Shown here piece by piece: positions 51,201 to 63,725 of a stretch of 64,000 nucleotides of DNA. The translations under genes and the position numbers were made by a program. Position 1 is the first letter of the stretch; each line of letters begins with the position of its first letter. This DNA comes from Anthoceros angustus (taxonomy: Eukaryota > Plantae > Anthocerotophyta): contig MU008170.1 in NCBI GenBank assembly GCA_010909165.1, positions 1,690,772 through 1,754,771 of the forward strand. The letters run 5' to 3'. The notes under the pieces were generated by a model. It did not search any database. It was not told the origin of the DNA and worked only from the letters and a program-made list of their open reading frames with translations.

Positions 51201-54200
51201 GGTCGGCGGCCGCGTTACCTAACGTCATCCTCCACAGCCTTCCGTGGGTCCCCTCGGTGGGGCCCCATTATCGGCTCCCTAAGCGTAAGTCGAGGGACTC
51301 CTCCTTCTTGGGAGTCCGGACCTCGGTCGGTCTCGACTCCGGGCTGAACTCCAAGGGTCGGTTTATTTCCAGTCCAAGCCGTGGGTCGGCCTCGTCTCGG
51401 GTTCGGACCTCGGTCGTACTTATTCAGGTCCGATCTCCAAACTCGGACCCCTTCATGGACCTCGTCTTGCTAGGTCCTCCTCCTTACCCCACCCTTGTCT
51501 TGGTCGGGTTGGCTCCCCTCGGTTGCACCCCTGCAGCCCCTCACCCCTGGCCGGATCGGGTGGTGGTGAACTTACCTTGGGGTCCTCCTGCGTCGCTCCT
51601 CCAGGGCTCCCCTCCTTGTGCCGTCGTCTCCAAGCAGGGCCCCTAGGGTCCCTGTCTTTGTCCGTGCCCTTCTTCCCCTCAGGGCCTTCCGGGGCCGTCT
51701 GGCGTGGCGGGAGGCCTCTTGAGGAGCTCGGTGTGGTAATAGGCAAAGTCCGAATCCACTTGCTGGATTGCCTCTTCCACGTGTGCCGGGCACCGATACT
51801 CCCTTCGCCGCCGCTCAGGGCTGAGCACCGCTTGTTGCTCCACCTCAGCTTGGTTGGATAGGCTGGGTGTGCTCCATGGCTGGCCTCAGTCACCTCCGAT
51901 CATTGTTGCTCCAACTCCTCTCGTTTAGTTCATGCCGGCCATTGACGTTCCGCCAAACTTCTCTGGATCGGACTTCTTATGCCTTCAGCCCTCGCCTCCT
52001 TGTCCATTAACTCGCCATCTCCCGCTCCAGACGGTGGGCAACACGGCGGTGCGGGCTTCACCGAGCCCTTTTCCATCTCGGCGGCGTCACGCTCCTGTTC
52101 CATCGCCTTCTGCGGCTCGTCGTAGCAGGCCGGGGCCGCTCTATTCGCGTTCGCGACCATGTCCTAGACTACCATTCCTCTCAATGATAGTTTGGGCTGC
52201 GGCTCAAAGTCTCCTTATGTCCTCCATCTCCACCCTGCTGCTCCACCTCCGGGCTGAGTCAGGAGATCCTCCACCTCCTTGTGGCGAGCTTCTTGGGCTG
52301 GTTGGTCGCGCTTGCTCCGCCACCTCTGCTCCATCTTGAGGCGGAGGCGGGCGCTCTATCTCCCTCGAAGTCTGGATTCTCCCATTGAGAATTCCTTGCT
52401 CCGGCCAGCGTCTTGGGTTGTAACTCCAAGGTGTCCTTCTTGTCCTCCAACTCCTGCCGCCTCCTTCTACCTCTTGCAGTGCGCCACAGGGTCCCGATTT
52501 CCGGTCTTTGGCCTCCGTGTTCTGCGGCTTGTCGCTTGCTGACCACTGCTCGGCCTTGATTGGCCGTGGCTCTCTCGGCCTCCCTCCACGGTTCCGATCA
52601 CGCGATGGTATCGCGATCGATCGCCGTGGCCTCCTCCTTGGCCACCTTCACAGCCTCTCGGCTTGGCTCTGGTCGGTCAGGCTGCCTCCGGATCCGCGCC
52701 CGTTACGCTTGCGCCCTCCTCGCTTCTGTGCGCTCGCCCCTCACCCCCCCTTCGGATCGGGTGGTGGTGAACTTACCTTGGGGTCAGCTGCGTCCGCTCC
52801 TCTTGGGGCTCCCCTCCTTGCCGTCGTCTCCAAGCAGGGCCCCTAGGGTCCCTGTCTTTGTCCGTGCCCTTCTTCCCCCAGGCCTTCCGGGGCCGTCTAT
52901 TGGCGGAGGTGAGAGGCCTCACCTTCGGGAGCTCGGTGTGGTAATAGGCAAAGTCCGAATCCACTTCATTGCCTCTTCCACGTGTGCCGGGCACCGATAC
53001 TCCCTTCGCCATAGTGCTCGGGAGGCACTGTTGCCCGCTTGTTGCTCCACCTCCCCGAGTTTGATAGTGGGCGGGCTGCTTCTCATGAGGCCAGTGCCTC
53101 GGTCACCTCCCATCGTCATTGCTCCACTTGCTCCAACTCCTCCGTTCGTTGCGCCCGCCATAGCGTTCCCCTTCCTTCCTCGGTGGACGGCTTCTTATGC
53201 CTTCGGCGCCCTCGCCTCCTTGTCCATTACTTAACTCCGCCATCTCCCGCTCCAGACGGTCGGGCAACCGCGGTGCGGGCTTCACCGAGCCCTTCTCCAT
53301 CTCGGCGGCGTCACGCTCCTGTTCCATCGCCTTCGGCTCGTCCGCCAGCGGAGCTCTATTTCCGGTCGCGTTCGCGACCATGTCCTGAACTACCATTCCT
53401 CTCAATGATAGTTTGGGCTGCGGCTCAAAGTCTCCTTGCGGTCCTCCATCTCCACCGCTTGCTCCACCTCCGGGCTGAGTCAGGAGATCCTCCATCTCCT
53501 TGTGGCGAGCTTCTTGGGCTGGTTGGTCCGCTTGCTCCGCCACCTCCTCCATCTTGAGGCGGTGGGCGCTCTATCTCCCTCGAAGTCTGGATTCTCCCAT
53601 TGAGAATTCCTTGCTCCGGCCAGCGTCTTGGGTTGTAACTCCAAGGTGTCCTTCTTGTCCTCCAACTCCTGCCGCCTCCCTTCTACCTCTTGCAGTGCGC
53701 CACAGGGTCCCGATTTCCGGTCTTGGCCTCCGTGTTCTGCGGCTTGTCGCTTGCTGACCACTGCTCGGCCTTGATTGGCCGTGGCTCTCTCGGCCTCCCT
53801 CCACGGTTCCGATCACGCGATGGTATCGCGATCGATCGCCGTGGCCTCCTCCTTGGCCACCTTCACAGCCTCTCGGCTTGGCTCTGGTCGGTCAGGCTGC
53901 CTCCGGATCCGCCCGTTACGCTTGCGCCCTCCTCGCTTCTGTGCGCTCGCCCCTCACTGCGAGGTCCTCCGCCAGCGCTTGGGCCTCCTTAGCTGCCTTG
54001 TTCCTCCGGTGAAGAATTTGATCCGGTCCTTGCGGATGGACGGACCTCCCTCTCGCCTCGGCGTTTCCCTCCTCAATCGGCCGAGAGCTTGGCCTTCCTT
54101 CTCGCCTCACAGGCTCCCTCAAGCACTCTGGAGGAGGTACCATGCGCCTCGGGTGGCTTCTACCTCCACAGGTCTTCTCGGCCATCCATGAGACCCCAGG

Positions 54201-55770
54201 CATACCGTCCATGGCGGTAGCAGGACCCGTGTTTCTTCCACGGCTGAGTGAGGCTCCCACAAAGTCCGTGGCGGGGCCGGCATCTCACGATCGCCAGGAC
54301 CTCCATATTGTCCGGGAGTAAGTCGGTGGGTTCTCGGACCTAATCGGGACCCTTAGGTCACAGTCTTGCTCAGCTTCCCCTCCTTGGCCCTTTTGGCGAG
54401 CTCCTTCTCAGCCCTTTTCCTCCACGGGGCTCGGAGGAGGTGAGGGGAGCAAGCCTTTTGCCCCTTCGGCGGGACCGGCTCGGGTGCAGGCTGCCGGTGT
54501 CCTCCTGCTCACAGGCGTCCCTTTACGCCCTCCTTCGCTTCCTCCGCTTCTTGCCACTCAGGTGGCGGGGAAGTCTTGCACCCGGCCCAGGTGCAGCGTT
54601 GGTGGCGTGGTCTTGCGTCTCTTGGCTCCCTCACAGTCGTGAGGGCTCCTCAGGGAGTGGCGGTGGCGGGGCTGCTTGGGGTCGGGCGCTTCTGCTGGGC
54701 CAGGCTGCTGGTTGGGGCACGAGGAGGAGGCGGAATTTCTTCCATACTTCCACAGGTGGTGAGGGGTCCGTTCAGACGTATGGAGTCGGAATCCTCCCGT
54801 CCTCCTCCGTCCGTTTGGCTTTGACGATCGGCCTCCTCCTCGGCGCCCTTGCCCGCTCCACTTGGCGGGGCCTCGGTCCTTTCGGCGCTCGCTCAAGCTC
54901 TCCTTCCTTGAGGAGCTCGAAATGCCCCATACATGGATCGGTATATGGGGCGGCCCAGAATGGCGAGCTTCTCGGTCTGAGCTTGCGAGCCTCACTGGCT
55001 AAGCGAAGATAATCCTTCCCAGTCCGCCTCTTCCCTTGCGGGCGCGTGCGGGAATACCAGCAGTTATCACCAAGGTGATCCACCTTGGTGAGTTCGATGG
55101 ACAATGATCGGGCCCGCCCTTACTCGGCATCAGCGGGTCGGATATCGACCAACCGTTGGTGGTCCGTTGCGTCGAGCCTCGGCGCCGCTGCTGTGGGCGC
55201 CTATCTTCCCGCCTTGAGGGGCTCGGCACCCTCCCCTCTTCCTCCTTTGGGCGGTTGTAGGCGCCTCGGGACCTCAAGGTCCATCGCCTTGGTCCTCCGA
55301 GGTTCTTGGACCGCACCTTATTGACCGCCGCCCGGCATCTTAGGCGAACTCCGGACGGTGACATCAAATGTCGGACCATGGAACACATCCAAATGCCACT
55401 CCTGCACCAATTCTCCTTCCGGCAGGCCCAAAGTCCGGATAGCGCGGGTCACAATGTTGCGCTCCACAAGGTTCCATGGCTCCCAAACTTCCATGGGCTT
55501 TTGGGTGCCATCGCCTTCTCCTCCTTGGTTCTGTGGCCGCTTGCCGAGGCTGGCAGCACGTTGCGCCTTCTTGCGCGTTGAGCTCCGACCTCAGCAGGTG
55601 AGCAGCAGGCGTCAGTGTCCACGAGATACGCGGAGCCGGATGCGGGCTGAGATGGGTGTCTCGAGGCTGCGGTAATGACCTTCCCCTTGACCCGCTCCAC
55701 GGGAATGTAACTCGGTCAAGGCGAGGGGCGTGTCGTGCTTTGTTCGCTGTCGTATAGGAAGCAGGCACCT
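48205..55770 (-). mobile_element. Unclassified GC-rich repetitive element with a degenerate low-complexity minus-strand ORF and internal tandem modules
   Basis: 152-bp tandem pair (48921/49073); ~1.4-kb tandem pair (~49320/50725); further module copies at ~52150/53350 and ~52740. TATA-like and AATAAA motifs are present in the 1.4-kb unit. I recognised no RT or transposase motif. Confidence 0.45.
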
Positions 55771-58700
55771 AAGACTCTATGGTTGGATCTGGAGCATCAC
55801 AGGCATAATACGAATCTTTGAAATATTTGGATCTTGTTGGAGCATCTCGGGCATAAGCCACGATCTTTGAAGTGTGATGATGTCATGTACATGGCCCATG
55901 GATGGCCGCACATGACATGTATACATGTATGCATGTGTGCCATGTATGCATCGTATGGAGATGAAGGATGACATGTGATGTGTGGACATGTGGCGGTGAT
56001 GTGTCATGGCGCATGCAATCTATATGCATGGATGCATGTAAGGCGGTGCTATGACGCATATATAGATAGATTTATATTAGAAAATACATAAAAATCATAA
56101 ATCAAGGAAAAGGACGAATAGGCTGTTAAACACATAAAATATTATTATTTGAAGGCCAAGGAAAGTAGGATTATAAAGTGCCCACCATCGATATGGGTGG
56201 ACACTTCATCGAGAACTCTGGGGTTTTGCCTATATATGTAGGCACCCGCCATGGATTCTGGATTGTTGATGTTTGTCTTGTTCTAATAGACAGCCATACT
56301 TCGTCCTACTGTCTTTGTCTCCTAGAGGTTCTTGTGGTTCGTTGCATTGTCGTTGGGAGAATTTTCCTTGATTTCACCACATCAACAATCCTCTTGTTGG
56401 GGACTAAGATATCTTGGAGGAGGCGTGGCGCTGGAGATTGGAGGAGGCGAGTGTCCACCATCCAACCCAGAGGCAGTGCGATCCGAGAAGGTTGAGTGTT
56501 GCAGAAGGCAACAAGAGATAGGCTGATGTTTTTCTGATGGACATGAATTCTGCCATTGATTATACACAGCTTAGGTGTGGTAGTCTCACGATTCGAGTTA
56601 GCGTATGCGGAGAAGAGCACACATACTGCTTTGTGGATAGAGGCGGTGGATGTACTTTTACGGCTAGCTGGTTGGGCTAACGGTGGAACAATTTGCCTTT
56701 GACAACATCCGCAAAGCGTGGTGCATAGGAGAAGTAACCATTGATGGTGTTCCCGAGATCGGGGTGGATCGACGAAAGGACACTGCTCTTCATCGGAGAA
56801 GTGCACGGCGTCTACTACTACTCGCCATTCAAGAGGACACGAACAATACGAGACAACGCCCATCACAAGGAGACAGTTCGGCGATTGGGAGAGTGCAAGA
56901 ATGGAGCTTGAGTTCACACCAAGTAAGAACGATGTCTTCACAGAAAACATGGAAGCATGTCTCTTGCGATTCGAGGAGAAGTTTCGTTGGGCAATGGCGG
57001 AAAACAAGATGAAATACAAGGACGAGTTCACTCGAGGATGGCGTTCATGAAGATGTCATCCTACCTTGCGGTGAGGCTCTAATGTATTACAGAGATGAGA
57101 AGGTGGGATCCCAAGGTGGCCGAGAAGAGAAGCGTGCAGGAGGCAGCCAAGAGGGGTGGTTCATTGCCCCCGACGAGGACAAGCTCGAGCATCCGTGGAC
57201 TTGATGTTCGCCAAGTTAACCACCATGTTTCCTACAGCTTCGCTGGAAAAGATCCAGGAATTGTCGAGGTTTTCTTTCAGGCCTAACGAGACATTGCGTG
57301 CATCTTACCTCAGATTGAAGGTTCTAGTGGAAGACACGGATGTCAAGACGATGAGGGAGGCTGCCGAGATCTTCATGGCGGCATTGCCCCGCCGACAAAG
57401 AAGGAAGGTGATGGACTCACGCATGGAGCGATGGGAGAGATATCTGATAGACGCCTATCAAATTGCGAGAAGGTGCTCAAAGGAGATGCAGTAAGCCAGG
57501 CTTACTTGGAGGATCACGGAGTCGTGAAGAGCCCTTCGCAGCACGGGTCTGGAGGACACGGGAATTCCAGGTTTGTCCCAAGGTACCGATCAGCAAGCCC
57601 GATCCTCGGACATGGCAAGCAGCCACATGTGCCGAAGGAGAGGCCAGCTAACAATGCAGGCCAAGCAGCTGTGAAGTGTGGCAGAGGCCGTGGAGCGCAC
57701 AAGGCGTCAATGCGACTACAAGCGTGGTCCGAAGGGCGGGAAGCCCTGTAAGTCTTGTGGCGGATGGGGTCACATGGAGGCGTGTTGGGAAGCTCATCCA
57801 GTCTGAAGCCCAAGCTTGCATCGAGAAGGAGAAGGGCAAGGGCCCAAGTCGTAAGGCTCTCCTCGGGCAAGTGGAGGAGCTCAAGAAGGAGATGGCCAAC
57901 ATGGCCCAGCGAGCAGGATTTTGTTCTCGACTCATGAAGATGAGGCGTTTGGCATGATGGCGGTGCGCAAGAAAAGAAAAGGCTGTTGACTTTGGTGAAG
58001 GCGTCACAAGGGAGTGCGGAACGGAATCGACCAAGATGCCGAGAGTTTCGTCGAGAAAACTCCACGGTGTCAAGATCGGTCGAGACGTTGAGGCGTTCTT
58101 TGGACAAGGCCATGGAGGTGCTCGCAGAAGTCTTGTGGATCCGGGAGTGAAGGGCAACAACTTCAAAAACATCATGCGAGAATGGCTGAGAAAGGAGCTT
58201 GAATCCGCAGGATCTCTTCCTAGTATGGCCGGGTGTGTGTGGCGAGCATCCGATGCCGAGGAGCGAGGTGAAGGAGGTGTTGCCATGATTGATAACACAG
58301 ACGACGTGACCTTTGATGGCTATGCTCCAAGACGCGTGCTTGAACACAGGAGCGGATCCGATCTGGGAGCACGGTGCAGGAGGCACTAAAGTCAGACACA
58401 AGCTCGTTCGGCGGCGTGAACATCACCACCTCTGCGTACCAAGGGCAGTGCGGGAATGACGAGGAGGCCCGTGAAGATTGAATTGAAGCGCACGAAGGAT
58501 GCCAGATCGTTGAAGTGAGATGTTTGGTCACCGGTGCAAAGACATATGATGTCTTGGGGTCGGACGGAACTCACCTCCCGCCATGGGGTTGATCCCTTTG
58601 CATGAAGCTTTCTCTCCATTGGTGGAGAGGAGATTTCACGATGTTGCAATTCCTCTAAGGATGAATAGGAGTGGTGGCAAGAGCGGGGCGAGGATGACGG

Positions 58701-58959
58701 CGCCATGATTGCCCGGTGCTCGAGTGAGCATCGACATGAGATGTGGGAGGAAACGCAGGAGTTATCCTCTCCGGAGATGCCGCCAAGAGAGCGAGAAGGT
58801 GCTCAAGGTTGTGCGCTCGATATTTGGATCAAGCGAGGGTTCGAAGAAGGAGGATCGACCGTGGAATCTCACGACACATGTCCCGAGAGGTCGATCCGTA
58901 TGAGGCCCTGCCAAGTCGGAGATCGACGATCGACGATGCTCTACGATGGAAGGTGGGTC

Positions 58960-59770
58960 AAGGCATCCATTTGTTGGAGCTCGCTGGAATCGGCGGTGGC
59001 GGGTTGCGTGTGGCGTCAAGATATGCAATATACTGCGTGGAAAAGGATGAGAAGATTCGGGGCCAGGGGTCGAATCTCGTTCGCAACGATCCAACATCGA
59101 GCGAAGCGATTCGGTGCTCGAGGCGTGAACACGGTTGGGAAGCGGCTAGAAGCCTTGTCAAGCCCGGTGGATATCGATCGCGGGATGGGAATGCAAGACA
59201 TTTTCGGGCAGTGAGGCAAAGGTGAAGGCGTTTCGTTGGCGAGCTCGCACGAATCACGCGAGAAGTCCAGTTGCGAATCCACGATGTTGGTACATTCGAG
59301 AGAATGTGTGCGACCATGGACAAACGTCCAGTTAGGGCCCTATGAAGAGATTCGGGCGTGGTTCGCAATGAGTTGATCATGGACGCGTGCGGTGTGGCTC
59401 ATATGCACACAGCTTCGCGATTCGACAAATGTGGTCTGGACGGAGGTGCTCGACAAGACAGAATTTGACAACTCGGCGGAAGGTTGGATGACATCCTAGA
59501 GTTGGGAAGGTGCTCACAATGAAGAGGATGGACAAGTTGCCATTTTACCTGAATCGAGTAGGGGAAGCGAGGGCATGGCCAACTCGTGAGCACACCGCAA
59601 TCTTATGCCCTTGCAGGAGGAGATGGTGTGATTATTTGAAGGGAATGAGCTTGAGAGCTCAATGTTGAGGAACGCGAGCAAGCGATGGGCTTTGCCAAGA
59701 AGGACACTCGGACCATGGGCATCACAGAATCACAAGGTGCGGGATGCTTGGACAGCATTTGACTGCGATT
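58960..59770 (+). pseudogene. C5-cytosine DNA methyltransferase domain inside the gypsy polyprotein (frameshifted as assembled)
   Basis: Motifs in canonical order: I GIHLLEL(F)AGIG (58962); II YCVEKD; IV IAGWEC(Q)D (59177-59200, catalytic Cys kept); VI YIRENV (59291-59308); VIII DA..GSYAHR.R (59382-59420); IX EEREQAMGF (59667-59693); X MLGQ(A)FD (59744-59763). Confidence 0.82.
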
Positions 59771-62549
59771 AGGTGGTGGTAAGCAGGCTTGGCGTTCCAA
59801 CTTCTGCAAGAAGGAAGCGAAGCCCCTCCAACTCTAAAGAGGTTCCTAAGCAGAGGAAGATGAGTCATGCGGAGAGATTCAAGATGGCCTGTGGATCTTG
59901 AATCTGTACCAAGAGTGTGACGAAGAGGTTCATGTATGGCACATTGCGTAAGATGTGAGCCCGGAAGATAAGCGAAAATCATCAACATGCTTGAGAAAAA
60001 CAAGGGTGCTTTTGCATTCTTGGAAGGAGCTGGCGGTATGAGAAGATCAAGTTCAAAGTAGTGACGACTCATGAAGAGCCCGTCTTAAGGAGGCCGCCTC
60101 TTCAGAATGGGAGATTGTTGACAAACGCTGTCAAGAGTTGTTCGCGGGGTTGATAAGAAAATCAAGCTCTCAATATCTTATGCTCTACCGCTCAAGAAGG
60201 ATGAGAACGGTGAATGGAAGGACAGGAGGATGTGGCGACTACCGACCTCTAAACGAGGTGACTCCTATGGAGCGGTACCCCATGCCTACTCAGACGAGAT
60301 TTTCGATGCCATAGGTAAGGCAAAGTTCTTTACCACTTGGACTTCCAGCTTCAACCAAATTGTGATTGAAGAGCGGGACAAGTGCAAGACAGCTTTGGGA
60401 AGGACCAGCTTTGGGAGTGGGAGACAATGCCGTTTGGGCTGAAAAATGCTTATATATTTCCAAAGAATTGCGGATCTGAGGCTGGTGCCATTTGTGCGTT
60501 GCTACATAGATGATATCCCGGTCTTCAGTGAGACAATCGAAGAACATATGGAGCATCTAGAGATATTGCTACAGAGGTCAAGCTCAGTTTGAAAGCTCAT
60601 CCTAAGAAATGCAAGTTTGCTTTCCAGCGATCGAGTATCCGGGGCATGAGATAGTACCGAGGCATCATGCCTCGGTGGCTAAGGTGCAGCCGTGATGCAA
60701 ATGCCTAGACCAAAGGATGTAGCCGCTCTTAGAGCCTTCCGGTTTGGTGAACTATTACAGAGATTTATGAAGGATCGGTTCACGTGTAAACCTCTATGAT
60801 GTTGAAGAAAGACATTGTGTGGAAATGGGACCAAGACCGAGTTGGCTTGGCAAGATCTTGGACCGGTTGGCGGAGAAGCCTATCTTGGCCGGGCGAATTT
60901 TGATCACCCTTTCACTCGTACCGGAGAGAATTGAGGTGGAGCGGTGTTGTCACAACATGGTGCGAGATGGTGTTGAGCGAGTGATAGCTTATGCAAGCCG
61001 ATCTAACAACTCCCAAGTGAACTACTCCTCATATGAGGGAGAGTGTCTTCCGGGTAGGCGATTCGCATTTCGTGGTCTATCAGATGGAAGGCGTTTTCAC
61101 GGTCACAGATCACCAGCCACTTCATTGGTGATGACCAACATGAAGTTGAGTGGTAAGCTAGCTGTGGGCGCCGCATCCAGTACGATATGGAGATCGTGCA
61201 GGCGAGGCAAGGTACATCACAATGCGGATGGGCTAAGCAATCACTGAAAGTGACAAGGATGTCACGAGCTCGGCAGATGAGGGGCACGTAGATGGTGCAC
61301 CCGGCAGCTTCATGGCACTCATGGCGGGATAGATGATCATGAAGAAGGACATGTCGGCAGTCCGTGGATGTTTGGAGACATCCTCAAGCCATACGATTCT
61401 TGAAGGAAGGCCGCTGCAGAATGATGAAGCAGCTTGGCTAAACTCGGGCGTGGCCGATACTCATGGGAAGATGGTGAGTGCACACGCCAAGGAGAACTCG
61501 TAAGGAAAGTACCAAGTCCCGAGGAAAGAGTGGGCATAGTGACCAAGGTGCACGAAACCCTTGGCCACTTTGGTGTGAAGAGGACACACCACATGTTGAA
61601 GAGTACTTCTGGGGATGTGCGATGTCGAGAAGGTGGTGGCTAAGTGCTGCATGTGATGCGTCAAAGCTAGATTTAACACCGTGATGTGGTGTTGCACTCC
61701 CTACCAATCGGGCTATTCTTTAGATGGTCGGTTGACCTTATGCGAGCTTCCTCTCACAAAGCAAGGTAACCGACATTGCATGGTCATGATTGAGCATTTC
61801 TCTAAGTGGGTTGAAGTAGCGTTCTTCCACGGAACTCGCATTACACCCAGAGCTTTTGCAGTGTGCTCACCGATTTGGGAGTTGCGGAGGTGCTCACAGA
61901 CTGTGGTAACGAGTTTCGAATTCACCTTGCTGACGAGTCTCATTGATCACGGAGGACATCGAGGATCATCCACAGCCGATGGCTGGCGTAAAGGCTAGTG
62001 CAAACCTTCAAGGATGCACTAAGGAAATCTTGCATCTTGTGGAGCCCAAGTGTTGGGATGAATTGCTCCTTACATCGTGTTGGGGTGCAGGTGTGCAGCG
62101 CTCTTGGAAGTTTCACCATACTTTTGTTATTCGGACGTGCAGGTTGCCGAATGTGGTGAAGGACACTTACTCCATCCCTTGAAGCAAAGATGCAAATGTG
62201 TGTGCGAGTTCAAGCGAGGCAGTATTTCAAAGAATTCTTCCCATGGCTATGGACAATTTGGTCAGGCCTCGGGACCGGTGAGGTATGCTTATACGCGGGG
62301 GGGCTCGTGGAAGCCCAAAGCCCGCAAGTTTGCATCTGGAGATTACGTGTACTTGCAGCACAGGCCTGCAAGCACGTTAGATGTCAGCACAGGGAGGCTT
62401 ATCTTGAGAGTTGTCCAGGTTGGTGAGCAAGGTGTGGTTGAACTTGAAGGAAGAGATGGCAGAAGGTGCAAGGAACACATGAAGCATTTGGCTCCATGCC
62501 ATTTGCCTGATCTGGATACCTGACGTGCCTCGGACACAGGCGCCACCAG

Positions 62550-62695
62550 TTGCCTGTGAGTGTGGACACTGGCCCAGCGAAGAATTCATGTTGCTATGTG
62601 ACAGGTGTACCGTGGTTACCATCTGTTTTTGCCTCAAACCGGACGGTGTTCGGAAGGAGAATGGCTATGTGAGCAGCAATGTGCTAAGTGTGAAC
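62550..62695 (+). other. PHD finger following the gypsy integrase
   Basis: ACE.CGH..EEFMLLCDRC.RGYHLF(C)L....EGEWLCEQ.C matches the C4HC3 consensus across one or two indels. Confidence 0.8.
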
Positions 62696-63179
62696 TGTGG
62701 CTCTTAGGAAGGTGATGGTTGTCTTAAATTCACACACGTTGGAAGCTAGCTTGAGTTGGCAAGAAGAAGGACACAAGATGCTTGGGGCCAAATTCACAAA
62801 ACGGGATCTTGCACATGCTAAGACGAGTGTTGTTGCGAAGCGATTACTCGCATGTGCAAGGAATTGTGAAGAGGAATTACAGGCGTCTGAGGGAGCAAGC
62901 ACAAGGGTCTAAATTCCTACCGAAACGAGAGACGAAATTGGGCGCACATAGGCTGAGGGAGCATCTCATTTTGGAAGAGGAACCTTTGCATGCCTGGTGA
63001 TCGGGCGCGTGAATTCCTCACACGTGTTTCTAAAGGTGGTTTGTTGTTTGGAGGCTGGATAGGCAGCGTCATGGTGGAGGCCGTTTCATGCGTGCATAGG
63101 AAGGCGTAACTTGACCACGCCTATCCAATTACGGAAGGTGAGCGCCGAGGAGGAGGTGCCACTTGGCAGTCAATCAAGC

Positions 63180-63725
63180 CACTACAAGAATCGCGGTGTT
63201 TTACAAGCGCATTTACAACGTAATTTACAACCTCACGTTGTAAAACGGGCATTTACGTTTATGGCGGCGACAACTAGGTTGTAAAAATCTGACGTGGCGG
63301 GCAAGGTTGCCACGTCAGCAAGTTCTGACGTGGCCGCCCGTCACCTAACGGACGGGTAAGGTGTCCGGGTAGCCGTTTACAACGTCATTTACAACGTTCT
63401 CGTTTACAACCTAAATGACAAGCGCCATTTACAGCGTGGTTGCCTTGTAATCTAGGTTGTAAAATAGGTTGTTATTAGGAGGTTGTGGTCGGCGGCAACT
63501 AGGTTGTAAAGTGGGTCTATTTACAACGTATTTTACAATATCGTTACAACCTCATTTACAACCTTCAAACACCCTTACTTTACAACGTCATTTAGCGTCA
63601 TTTACAACGTCATTTACAGCGTCGTTTACAATGTCGTTTGCAGCGTGGTTTACGTGGTTTACAAGGTCGTTTACAACTTGATTTGCAACCTCATTTACAA
63701 CGTCATTTACAACGTCATTTACAAA
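63180..63725 (+). mobile_element. CACTA (En/Spm) transposon terminus with subterminal repeats
   Basis: Begins CACTACAAGAA at 63180, followed by many TTTACAAC/GTTGTAAA motifs in both orientations. Confidence 0.85.

Larger units (their letters stand above)
56170..63179 (+). mobile_element. Degenerate Ty3/gypsy LTR retrotransposon: gag-PR-[C5 DNA methyltransferase]-RT-RNaseH-INT-PHD; 3' end cut by CACTA
   Basis: Gag knuckle CKSCGGWGHMEA.C (57747-57788); protease L(D)TGA (~58339-58354); RT RRMCGDYRPL, MPFGLKNA, CYIDDI (~60220-60520); RNaseH VIAYASRSN..NYSSYEGEC; integrase HETLGHFGVKRT, MIEHFSKWVE. The PR-RT-RH-INT order is gypsy. LTR boundaries are uncertain. Confidence 0.92.

Noticed and set aside
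49610-54191. Many 100-270 aa plus-strand ORFs
   Set aside because: Pro/Ser/Arg-rich antisense shadows of a GC-rich repeat; frames differ between module copies.
56166-56195. Hairpin gtgcccacc..ggtggacac as a Helitron 3' end
   Set aside because: No CTRR terminus at the expected distance on either strand.
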